Shown here piece by piece: positions 40,580 to 52,813 of a stretch of 64,000 bases of DNA. The translations under genes and the position numbers were made by a program. Source of the DNA: Macrostomum lignano (Eukaryota); assembly GCA_002269645.1 (NCBI GenBank), contig NIVC01000384.1:372001-436000 (forward strand), read 5' to 3'. Below the pieces are notes generated by a model. It was not told where the DNA came from and made no database searches. It was given only the letters and a program-made list of their open reading frames with translations. Numbering within the stretch: the first letter of the stretch is position 1; every line of letters starts with the position of its first letter.

Positions 40580-42122
40580 CGTCAAAACGGGCCGTGGCCA
40601 CTTGTGCGTTGCAACGACCGAGTTATTATTGCCGGACAAAATATGACGCATGTATACATCCTTGTCAATTAGTCATTGGTCAATCACTTTTTTGAGTATT
40701 TCCGCCGTCTAACTCGCTCTTTTTAAAGATGGAGTTAATATGCGTTTCAGTATTGTATATTATTAATTTTTCTTATCTACCATGCAAGTACGATCGTACG
40801 TATATAACCGATTGGGTATATGCATTTTTGCTTCCCTATTTGGTTTTTAAAGCGTCCTATTTGGTGCGTTGCATAGAGCCCAGCAGAACAGCTCAAATTC
40901 ACCAAAGGAAAAGACTAACAACTGAACATCAAACATCAACATCAACATCAAACGATCAAAGCCACCAGTTGCGCATGCATTCCCTGTCCTTTCTTAATAT
41001 GTAGCCATTGCCTTCCAGCTGTGGCCCCCAGAAGCAAATTGATTTCTGTTGTCTATGGATTTTTATGCAATTTGTCTGCGTGAAATCTCTGCCGACGTCA
41101 AATGAAGAATCAACCAAAATGGGGCGCAAAAAGGTACATATTTACTGACTAGCATATTTTTTCGTCTTCGAGAAAAGGTCTGATCCAAAAGGACATTTGA
41201 GTCGCCAAAGGCGATTTCTAATTTCTATTATACGACTTTTTAATGGCGCCTACTCTTCAAATGTCTATATAGACCTTTTTGTTGCAACTTCTATGGCAAA
41301 TATTATTAGTTCAATTCAATTAGTTTTGCTGTATAAAACACGAAATATAAATGGCACTAAATACAGTACTACTATTCCTGGTTAGTGTAAGATTAGTAAA
41401 CCTGAATTTTCGCACCTAGTTTAACGACGTTATTAAACAGAGTCATCTTTTGAGCATCTGCACTACTTCCGAGTCGAAAGGCCAAAAGGTCAGCCTAATT
41501 CTCTGAACTATGCTTAAAAAGTTGGGTTGAATCCGAGAGTCAAGTCCTATGAGATTTCTTGATCATTATTGACCCGTCAGACTGTCAAAGTTATTTGTAA
41601 ATAATTTAAGAGATCTCCATGGATTTTAAATGGTTCAATTTCATGTGGATCACAATTGGACCAGCTGACTTCAGAACATCCGAACGGATTCAAGAGTTAA
41701 AGTAATCCATAAAACTTGCACTTGTCAGTCCTCGTCTCTGTCTTGGAATGGGAATTTTTGTTAAAATTAATCAGTTTTCGCGGGAATTTGAACTTTACCT
41801 TTATAACTGTAATTTTATATTGCATGATAACAGGAGAAGCTGTGGGCGCACATTCGCAAGGATGACTTAAATAGGACGGGAAAACTTGTTTCTTAGAAAA
41901 TTTTAGAAGGCAGGTTTTCCCGAAAAAAATACACTACGGAGATAGGAAGTATTCATTTTTTCAGCACAAAAATTGTTATTGCTTTTGATAGTAGGAGGCA
42001 GATCCAGTGTTCATCTTTTGATATGCTGTGCCTTTCTTATAGCTCTATTGATATTCATAAAGCTTTTCATTCAGAAAATTAGGATTCTATGTTAATTTTT
42101 TATTCTACGTACATTTGCGCAT

Positions 42123-45100
42123 TGTAGTGACTGACGCGAGAGACAGAAGTTTAGATGAACCAAAAGCTTACGGCCCCGACTTGGGCGTGGGGTGCTATTA
42201 TATATTTGAGCTCAAAGCTCTGTAATCGATTGCTCTAGAGTAACTGTACATCTATGATGCAATGTACACAGGAGTTAAAATCAACGTGCCGAGAAAGGGG
42301 GGGGGCAGAGTACAACATCTTTCCCCTTCGCGGAGATTAACGGATTAAAATCGGATTTAAAAAAAATGAATGTCATGCGCAAAAAAAGCAAAAAGAGGTT
42401 TATAGGTTCGTCAGTTTTGCACGAAAAAAAAATCAGGTCCTATAATTGGGACGCGGTAGTTTGCAGCTTCTTGGATGCAGACGGTTCGCGATTGGCAGCT
42501 CCCCCGCACCGGCTGCGGCCGGCGGCTCCGCGGGTGCCGAAGTGGCCGTCGGGTCGCTTTCTGGACCGCCGGTCTCGTCTGTTCCGTCTCCTTTTGCCCG
42601 CTCTGGCAGTCGCTTAACGTCGGTGGCGTGGCGCATGCAGTTGCTGCCGCCCGTGCTCTCCAGGATGACAGAATCGCCTTTGACCTCCGTGACTGTCCAA
42701 GGCTGAATTTCAAATGGCGTGTCCGTTTTCGATGGCTGGATTTTTCTGCGGAGGACTTTATCGCCAGCTTGGATGCGATGCTCTGCGGCTGATCTTGTCG
42801 CGTCGGCGTAGTGCTTCATGGCGGCTTTGTACTGACGGTCTCTGTTCCTGACCGTCTTTGCTGCAGCCTGCGGCTTGACTCCTGGAATGAAGTCTTGGAC
42901 TGGTCTTCCGAACATCAGGTCGGCTGGGGCGACTCCTGTGGCCGTGTGCGGAGTGCTGCGATGCGCGGCGAGCCACTCCTGCAATGCCGTCCTCCAGTCG
43001 GTTCCTTGGGCGTTGGAGATGCGGAGCTGCTTGTTCAGGGACCTGTTGATTCGCTCGGTAATGCCATTGGCCTCGGGATGGTACGGTGTGATGCGCCGGT
43101 GGCTGATTCCGTGGCTTGTGACGAAACTCCTGAAGGCTTCTGATGTGAATGTCGGACCGTTGTCCGTCACGATTTGCTGGGGAATCCCGTAGGTCGCGAA
43201 GACCTGCTGTAACTGTCCGCGAGTAGTGGTCTATGATCACCAGAAAATGTCGACCGTTGGCAGGTCCAAGAAAGTCGATGCCGATAGTGGACCAGGCAGA
43301 CTCTGGCAGCTCAGTCGGTTGCAGTGGGGCTGCCGAAACTTCCGCTTGATGGTTGGTGGCCGCACATTCCAGGCACTGTGCCACCAGTTGCTTGGCCTCA
43401 GCTGACATTCCGGGCCACCAGACCTTGGAGTTGAGTCGGCGCAGTGTTTTGGTCTCGCCTTGATGTCCTTGATGAGCCAGCTGCAGGACAACGGGCCGCT
43501 GGGCTTTTGGGATTACCAACCTTTGGTCTCGCAGCAGAACACCAGAAGCCTCGGTCAACTCGTGCCTGGCGGCGTGCAGTCGTCGGATGCTGTCGTCCCG
43601 CAGATCCCAATTGCCTGTTCTCAATGATGACAGCACAGTCGATAGAATGGCATCACGGGCCGTGGCTTCCCGGACTTGCTGCAGGGACAGGCCTCTCAGC
43701 GTCGCCGCTTGCGCGATGCTGCCGATGAAGTTTGTGTCCAGGATCTCGCCGATGTTGATCGATGTCGGAGCGGGCTCTGGCTGCCGGCTGAGGATGTCGC
43801 TCGGGTTGAACGGGCCTGGCCGATAGATGACGCTGAACTGCATGTCCTGGATGCTGAGCGCCATGCGCTCGATGCGTGGAGGTGGGCGCGAGCCGGGCTT
43901 GAGCATGAAGGTCAGCGGCTTGTGGTCGGTGACGACAGTAAAGTTGGCGGCGCCGCTGAGATAGTGTCGAAATTTCAGGCAGCCGAACTTGATTGCGAGA
44001 GCCTCCCGTTCCGTCTGTGAGTACCTCGACTCGACTGCCGATAGGGCTCTGCTTGCGAATGCAACCGGCTTGGATGAGCCGTCGGACTGAATCTGGCAAA
44101 GAATGGCGCCGATTCCGATGGGGCTGGCGTCGACAACGAGTTCGGTGTGCCGGTGCTTGTCGAAGAAGACCAGTGTGCTGTCGACTGCGATGCGATCTCG
44201 GACTTCTTGAAAAGCCTTGGCCTGCTGCTCGCCCCACTGCCAGCTTGCACTATTCTTGGTCAGGTCCCGCAACGGCTTCGTCATGTCCGCCAGGCCTGGC
44301 ATGAAGCGACTGACAAACGTAACCAGACCGAGGAAGGAGCGGACTTCCGAGGCGTTCGTTGGCTCTTTGAAGCTTTTGATCGCCGACACCTTGGCTTCAG
44401 CTGGCTGGATCCCTTTTGCCGACAGTCGCATGGCCAGGAAGTTGACCTCCGGCACCGCAAATTTGCACTTGGACGGGTTGAGAGTCAGGCCGTGTCCCTG
44501 AAGACGCTGAAGGCAGCTGGCTAGGCGACTGTTGTGCTCCTGGATGTCCCGAGCATACACAATGATGTCGTCGTGCACCCATCTCACTCCTGGCAGGCCG
44601 CTGAGTACTGTAGACATCACACGCTGTAGAATTTCTGAAGCCGACGTGAAACCCATACAGAGGCGCGTGAGCCTCATTAAGCCCAGTGGTGTCGAGAAGG
44701 TCAGAAACTTGCGTGACTCCTGATCGACCTTGATTTGGTGAAAGGCTTTATTGATGTCTAGCTCCGAGAAGAAGTGTGAACCGGCCATTTCGTCTGTGAC
44801 CTCTTCAAAGGTCGGAATCGGCTGCTTCTCCGGCACTACGTATTGATTGAGGTCTCGAAGGTCTTGGGTGATTCGCACCTGGTTCGGAGTGCTTTTTGGT
44901 ACTACTACCATTCTAGCGACCCATTCGGAAGGCTCAGATACTCGCTCGATGATGCCTTCGCTGAGCTGGGCGTCCAGCTCTTTGATGGCTGCGTCTCGTA
45001 GGTGGATTGGCACTCGGCTAGGCGGGTGGCACACTGGGATAGCGTTGTCCTTGAGTCGGATGCTCACTTCGACGTCCTTGACGCAGCCAACTCCTTGGAA

Positions 45101-46639
45101 GAGCGCCCGGTGCTTTTTGAGGATGTTATCAAGCTGGAGGCTTGCTGGAAGGTTAGCTGAGTTGGCCTCCGGACTCGAGGACTCCATTGCCTTTGCCTTG
45201 TCGGCACTCCCGATGCTGTTGATGCGAGTTTCCGGTGCCGGACCCACTCGTAGTACTCCGAACTTCTCGCTCGTTGCCCTTCCGAGAATGGTGACGCCCG
45301 GGTCTTGCACTACTGTGAAGTCCACTACTTCCTCGAGACCGCTGATTTTGACAAGGAGCTCAGCTCTGCCGGCGGTCGCCAGTGGTGTCTTCGAGCCGAA
45401 CGGGTACAGCTGCCGTGCTGATCGAAGCAGTGGCGTTTTGGCTGTTTTGAGATCTTGAAAAGTCGCCTGGTCGATGACATTGCAGCTGACGCCACTATCG
45501 ATGAGCGCCTCGACCCGCTTACCGTTGATAGAGATGCTCATCAGCGGCAGCTTGTTCGCAGTCAGGCAGAAGACCTCCCCTTCGTCGCTTGGTGACTTGC
45601 TGGATTCTTCCGGGTGTTGATGCTGACCGCCAATGGTGTGCACGCGGTCTCTGGAGTTGCCCTTAGACATACAGGCCTTTGCCAGGTGGCCCACCTTTTT
45701 ACAGATGTTGCATGTTTTGCCTTTGGCCGCGTCGCAGCTACGGTGCCCGGTTTCTCCGCATCGGTAGCACTTGGACTTGCTGCCAGGCTTGTACGATGGT
45801 CCGTCTTGTTGCTCACCTCTGGTGCGCCTCATTGAGTTGACTGTGTCGTCGCGGCGTGACTCCATGGCCGCTGACTGGTAGCTAGCGGCTTCGAAGGCTC
45901 GGCACAGCTGCAGTGCATCCTGCAAGTTGATGTTGGCGGTCTGCAGTAGCCGTCTTCTGAGTTGCTCGGAGTTGCATCCGGCGACAATCTGGTCGCGGAT
46001 GAGGGAGTCGCGCAAATTGTCGAAGTTGCAGCTTTCCGCGGCCTTGTACAGCTGGCTGACCCATGCGTCGATGCTCTGGCCTGGTTGCTGCGTGCAGTTT
46101 CGGAACTCGTATCTTGAGAACACCACGCACCTGCGGCCTGTGAAGTGGTCCTTGAAAGCCTTGATGAGTTCTTCGACGGTGTTTCCGCTGTTGGTCAGCT
46201 GTTTGTATAGCTCGGCCAGCTCCCTCCCGCCTGTGTAGAGCAGGACTTGTCTCTGCTGGGCCGGATCCTTGACTCCGGAGGCGTGGATGAAGCACAGAAA
46301 GCGCGACGACCAATCTTCCCACCGTGATGACAGTGCGTGTGCTTCTTGGTTGATGTTGAATGGCTCAGGTGGAGGCAGTTGCAGTTGAACAACGTTGCGT
46401 GTCTGGCCACTGTTTTCAGTAGACATAGCTTAGCTTGCGACGCCAGTGTAGTGACTGACGCGAGAGACAGAAGTTTAGATGAACCAAAAGCTTACGGCCC
46501 CGACTTGGGCGTGGGGTGCTATTATATATTTGAGCTCAAAGCTCTGTAATCCATTGCTCTAGAGTAACTGTACATCTATGATGCAATGTACACAGGAGTT
46601 AAAATCAACGTGCCGAGAAAGGGGGGGCAGAGTACAACA
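42123..46639 (-). mobile_element. Ty3/Gypsy LTR retrotransposon (Mag-like), near full length
   Basis: LTRs at 42123-42317 and 46447-46639 (TG...CA), differing by one substitution and the length of a G-run. 5-bp TSD CGCAT. PBS-like TGGCGTCGCAAG next to the 5' LTR and PPT AAGGGGAAAGA before the 3' LTR (minus strand). Confidence 0.96.
42433..46426 (-). CDS. gag-pol: Gag-Pol polyprotein (CCHC knuckles, protease, RT, RNase H, integrase), integrase broken near 43215
   Basis: CYRCGETGH / CNICKKVGHLAKAC; protease LIDSG; RT FSELDINKAFHQ and WVHDDIIV; RNase H VDASPIGIGAIL; integrase HQGH..CLEC, IDFLGP, then in another frame VTDNGPTF and PEANGITER. Confidence 0.93.
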
Positions 46640-48331
46640 CGCATGTCTTGTGCCTAAAAACCATTAATAGCACAGCTCGGCTCTTTGGTTTTATGAGTCT
46701 ATTTTATCATTCTTAGCTGACTGTGTAACAAAGTATGCATAGCACAAATGATAAAATGGATTCATAAAACCAATGATTTGGAGCTGTGCAACGCATTTTT
46801 ATTATTTTTAGGTACGGGAAATGTACGTAGAATAAAAAAAATAGCATAGAATTCTAATTATTTGAACGAAAAGCTTTATGAATATCGATAGAGCAATAAG
46901 AAAGGCACAATATATCAAAGGATGAACACTGGATCTGCCTCCTATCAAAAGCAATAACAATTTTTGTGCTGAAACTGAAAGAATGAAAACTTCCTATCAC
47001 CGTAGTGTAATTTTTTCACATGTACAGGTCCGATCGAGGCCCGTACCCTTACACTCTCTGTGCCCTGGGGTTAAGACCTCATGGATGCAAAATCGCACGA
47101 CAACTCCCGACCAAACTGTGTGTGCACCAGCCCCCAGCAATTAAATTACTGTAGTGCATATCTGCGCATGGAATCGAATGTATTAGGCTATTAGCTAGCT
47201 ACATGTACGTAAGGGGGATTTTGAGGACTGGCTGGTGAATTAACCAATGCCTATTCAAGTTACAAACTCTTGCCACTTAATCTTCCGAAACCGCGCCAGC
47301 CGCCAAGGAGCGCTTGCACCTAGGGAATTCGCACCGCTGCGCGAAAATTAAAGTAGTTAACCCTGAACTGAGCATCAAGTTTGGGCATCAAGTTTGAACA
47401 TGATGTTTAATAAATTGCAATAGAATTAAAAAAAACTGTACTTTGTTTAAATGTTCTGAATACACCCGAGATTATAAGAACATTATATTCTTCGAAATGA
47501 GTGAAAATTCTAAATGAATTAATTATATGAATGTGTGTTAGTAGCTATATTGGAAATTGAGATTAAGCAATGAATGCTTTCAAATTCATGTCAAATTCAC
47601 GTAACGATCGTTTTCATGTTTGTTTTTTCACTATTTGTATTTCGGATGAAAATGGATGGTTTAATGATGAAAATTAAGACTATGTAAAAAAAGTTGCTTT
47701 TTTAAGCAATTAATTGATGGTTTCACACCCTATGCATGGCTAATGGATATCCTCATTTAAGTTCAGGGTGTGAGTCTAACAATTAAAATTTAAAAATTAA
47801 AAAAAACTTCTCAATTTACTGTATGTGCACAGTGCACCCATTTCTGTGTTTGCATATCTGCCATGCAAGTACCAAACCACTTAAAAAAATTGTTTGCCAC
47901 TAACTAATGTTTCATAAATGGTAATAATTCAATACAAAATTTTGGCAAGAGTTTTGAAAATTAATAAGTAGTCCTAATTATTAATATTTAGAATAAATAA
48001 TAAAATATGCATATATAGTTACAATTATTTCAACTTTCTCTATGGGGCTCTATTGAGACAATGTTAAAGCAATAAAGGGACTAGGTTGTTTCTCTCAAAA
48101 AATAACAAAATGATATACTTAGCCTATAGACATTACTAATGAGAATTTTAACAGATTTTGAATAGCATTTTTTACCTCTTTTTTTCTATAGTTAGCAGTC
48201 AATTATCATTGATTTCTTTTCTTTGTTTATATATTTTGTTTATCATCATATATATACATGCTTAATATTCATCAAATTCTAATTAATTTCCTTATTTCAG
48301 AGACCAGTATTAAATAAAAAACAATTGGAAA

Positions 48332-50219
48332 ATGTCAACTGAAGATCAAGATAGTCTGACTATGGTTGTCTCACTGCTTTACTTTGCTTTTACAATTCTA
48401 TTGTCAAGATTTTTTTGCTCATTAATTTTTTCATTTATTTTACATCGTAGCCAAACTGTGGCAACCTGTCTACTTGATTTTGTCACAACTTTTCAAGTGT
48501 GCGCCTGCAGCATTGAAAATGCCACCTTTCTTAGGTGCTATGGCATGCCATCCTACCTCACTGTGCTGTTTTGCCAGCTGTACTGGAATTCCATCAGCCT
48601 GCCTACTGGATACTCTGGCAACCCTTGTCAGAACTGGCGTCAGTTTGTTGCTGGGAGAGCTAAACTGGCTGGTACAGCAGGTCGGATGGCGTGTCAGCTG
48701 GCTGGTGGACAGGTTTGTCAGCATTTTATTTGTTGCATTTTTATTTTGCTGATTTGTTATTGCTGCACTGATGATCCCACTTTGATGATGCTGCTTTGAT
48801 GATGCAGCTTTGATGATGCCGCTTTGACGATGCCACTTTGATCCTGCTGCCTGCTGCTTTGATCATACCGCTCTGATGATGTCACTTTGATGATGCTGCT
48901 TTGATGATGTCACTTTGATGCTGCTGCTTTGATGCCGCTTTGATGATGCTGCTTTGATGATGCCGCTTTGATGATGCCGCTTTGATGATGCCGCTTTGAT
49001 GATGCCACTTTGATGATGCCGCTTTGATGCTGCTGCTTTGATGATGCCACTTTGATGATGCCGCTTTGATGATGCGGCTTTGATGATGCCACAAAGCCGT
49101 AACCCCTCGTCCCCGCCGCGCCGCAGGCGGCCTTCTGGTTCGCCCGCTCGTTCTGGTCTGTCGGCCTGACCGCCACGCATGGCCAGCGACTCGCCACCTC
49201 CGCCAGCTGCGTCAGCGACCTGACGGTGCCGGGCGCTGCCGGCTTCGGGCTGGAGTTTCTCGGCGTCTTCGCCGACTCGATGCTGGTGGCCGGCTTGGCA
49301 GCCTTCAGCTCTGGCGACAGCTGGCTGCGGCATGAGGACGTTCAACGGCTAACTTCCTGCCTTCTGGGTACCTGGCTGACCTATTACGGTGAGTGAAGCT
49401 TGCCGTTAGGAGTACTAGTATGCCCAGGGTGTTTTAGTAGTCCCTGAGTATGTAGAACTATTTAGCAACCTTGAGTCGATTCCTGCTTAGTATTGAAAAC
49501 TTTAGCAAGAGACTTCGTATAAGGTATTTTTGTTGTGCACCTTCTCAAACAAGAGTCAAGAAGTTGCCAGCCTTTCGGATCGTCGAGATATTCAACTATT
49601 CTGCCAGAAGGTAGGATTTTCCCATTAGCGCCAGTGTATTCAGTACACCCTGTGTGCCAATCGGCACTGCGCCTCAGTGCAGCCTTGCCAAGCCTCCCTA
49701 TTTCATCAGCATGTCGATCACATGTGTCTACACAGCTTTGACTTTGTTGGTCACTGGCCTTCACCCCAGGCGGAGCTTCTGGACCGTCAACAGGTGGCAC
49801 CAGGTGACCATGGATACCCTATTGCGAAGTTCTCTAGGTTCGCTGGTCAAGCCTCACAGTGGTTAAACCACAACTGCCGGATATCTTCAGCTATAGTTTC
49901 TCAAGCATTTCGTCATCACCCCCTTCCCTTGGTAGTTTGACGGGTGGAAAAATGGCTTGGTATTCCCACTGTTACAAGATAGTAGCATTTTGTCCTTGAT
50001 TTTCTGATCCCAGGCCTGCCCCTGAGTGGCATGTACGCTAATCCGGCCAACGCCAGCGCGCAGACCCTCGGCTGTCGGGGTACCCCGCTGTGGCTGCACT
50101 TTGCTGTCTACTGGTCGGCTCCACTCCTGGCCACCAGTCTTGGCCATAGACTGGAGTCGCGGCTGCCGCTGACTCCGGTGTCGGCCACTGCAGCTCCAGA
50201 GCGAGAGAAGCAACAATAA
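48332..50219 (+). CDS. Unorthodox (super)aquaporin, AQP11/12-like, copy 1, about 282 aa
   Basis: Exons 48332-48712, 49127-49388 and 50014-50219 (phases 0,1). First motif SGNPC, second YANPANA, then LHFAVYWSAPL. The NPC/NPA pair is typical of AQP11/12-type channels. Confidence 0.88.
48772..49090. repeat. About 14-bp minisatellite (CTTTGATGATGCCG)n in aquaporin copy 1 intron 1
   Basis: Tandem array. The same unit occurs at the equivalent position in copy 2 (53265-53400). Confidence 0.92.
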
Positions 50220-52813
50220 ACTCTTGGCTGTGTTTTTTTATTTGTTTTATTTTTAGCGATTTTTTTGCCTGTTAACTACTAGATTTATTGCTTTGAAAGT
50301 AGTATGTCTAGCATTCGATTTTCTATACTTACAACGTATTTTTAGCCATGTTTTTTCAAGTTTGGTGCTGATATGCTTATTTTTTGGCGAGATTTTCTTT
50401 ATCAATCACAGAGTTTTTAGTTTATTTTGTTATGAATGTCTTTTATGAGAGTTAGATTTTAGAACAGGAATGACTAACTACTTGTACATTAAATTGATTT
50501 TCACATCTTTTGGTTCTATATATCTTCGTTACTAATCGACACTTCCAACATAAATGTTTTTTTCGATTTTGATTCACAATTAAAAGAAAGGTATATTTTA
50601 TTTTTTATGATTTATTAATTATGGTTTACAATAAATACATCGAATAAAGAAGTCAACGTGCTTTTTGTTCTTTTTTGCTGTTAATAAAAATTTGCAATGA
50701 GGACAGACTCTCTCAGTACTCGTGTGATTTTCTTACTTTGGTGGAGAAGGCTCAGCCAATCAGAAAATTTGACGTGTGTTTTAACAACCCGGCTCTGCAG
50801 CCAATCAGAAAATTTGGTGTTTTTTTCGCATCGGCTCAGCCAACCAGAAAATTCGACGATAAGAATTCGCCAGCATATAACGTTTAAGAGGACCATGACG
50901 ATAACACTGCAGTCTAAAATCGCAGGTACAGCGATATTGGGTGTTTGTACATTTATATGTAGTCCTGTTTAATTTGATCGAATCTTGAAAGATACGAGTA
51001 TATATGTATAGGAATATGATAATGTACATGCAATTACATGTAATAGTACTTCCCCGCCCTGTAGTCTCGCCCCTGCAAAAAAGTCATAGCCTACATGTCA
51101 ATGCAATCCAGCAGTTATCGCAGCGCCCTTTACCACGATAATTATATGGAAACCCGATTTTTAGAGAGCTGTGGTTTGGCGAGCCATGCGAATCACTTGA
51201 TTCCTACCTTAAGAGATTGCTCGATCCAGTCAAGGACGACTGAAGTAATCTATACATTTGAATATACTTAATTAGTAGTCCTGGATCTAGTGTGTTTGAT
51301 AGGTCGTAAATATAGCAAAGTATGTAATTATTATTTTTTTGCGACGAAAAAATGCGTAACTATTTTAGGAGGCAGACTATTTAGTTCTCGGCATATGGCA
51401 TATCAAGTCAGAAGCGATTGTAATGTTTCAATCGATTATTGCGAATTTTTCTTGAGCTATTCTTAAATTTGCTCCTACATGTATATGCTACTACCAAACC
51501 ACTTCTCACACAAGAGCATGTGGCTGTCTAAATTCTTTAAAAAACGGTTTAAAATTATGCGCAGAAAGGATACCAAGTGTTTACGCTAATAAATAGGTTA
51601 AATATCTTATAATCAACTTATTTGTTTAGTTATAATAAAAATTACCCTAACGCGGACATTTAGTTTCTAGCTTTTCTTCGAAATAGTTTTCGTGTTAATA
51701 TGCAGTATGCCAGCCAGTTAGTACGTTTCTTTCTACGTGTAGTGTTACCTTTCGCTATCGCACGTATAACATTCGTTTTTGTTTCATTCTTCTTATATGG
51801 TTTGTATTACTATATCTAAATCGCTCTGACATTAGCGGAGCCAAAGCAAAGCATGGCTTTCAATTTCAATGGATTTATTTGAGGCAAAATTTATAGAAAT
51901 AGTTAGCTCTTTTAGCTGTAACTCATTTTTAGTATATGGGACTTATGTGGTTTTTTAAACTAATTATTTTATATAATTTTGTATGTATAGGGTGCAACTA
52001 ATTCATGTTTAAATTTCGAGCTTCTGATCTGTTTAATAAACTTAATAACCAAATTATATTTGTGTCAATGTCAACTAATGATTAATCATTCATCCAGTAT
52101 CCAACCGTTTTTCTACTAGCTGCAGTAGATAATTTATATAAATATATTAAGCTTATTATTTTTGCAATGTTGTTTTGGGTATGGATAAAACCTTTTGCAC
52201 TTATAAGTAATTAGTTCTTTTATATGAAATTTAAGTTACAAATAATAAATTAAGTTCATTGACTAGTTTTAACTTTTTATTATTTAGTTTAATATCTTAG
52301 TTTCTAAATATAGTCTATTTATCTTTTGAATATTGTTATTGACTTACATTTATTTAAACTTTAATGTTTAGCTTTAATGAATAAACATATTATTCTATAT
52401 TTAGTGACACAACCAAATAATCATTTAAAGGAGAAAAATTCTAGGAAGAGGATAAAGACCTAAAGGGAGCCAGAGAAGATAAGCCTATAATTTGGCAAAA
52501 ACTATATTTTATCTTATTTTCATTTTTCTAGGTCCCTATAAGCCTTCTCTATCTTCTTCATTTGTTTTTTTGGAAATATAAGCTATTATTGATAAATTAA
52601 ATAAATAAAGTATATTTTATTAAGTCATGAGATCATGACTTAGGGCTTAGGTCATTGTAGAAGTTTTAGAAATTATATATGATAGAAATAAAGGAAAAAT
52701 TCAAAGCATCATTCAAAAATTCTATCTCTTTATGTGGCAATTGCTAACAAATAAAAATGTGACAATTTAGTTCTACATAGCAAAATCTCTAGAATTGCAC
52801 TATATGATAGATA

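Larger units (their letters stand above)
41932..47007. mobile_element. Palindromic MITE, about 550 bp excluding the insert, interrupted by the Gypsy element
   Basis: About 190-bp inverted repeats at 41932-42117 and about 46819-47007. Termini CACTACGG...CCGTAGTG with TA on both sides. Internal hairpin at 46670-46789. Confidence 0.8.

Noticed and set aside
42366-46549. Many overlapping and antisense ORFs within the Gypsy element
   Set aside because: Shadow ORFs of GC-rich gag-pol coding sequence.
49462-49970. ORFs inside aquaporin copy 1 intron 2
   Set aside because: No recognisable motif. Possibly a TE fragment, but unsupported.
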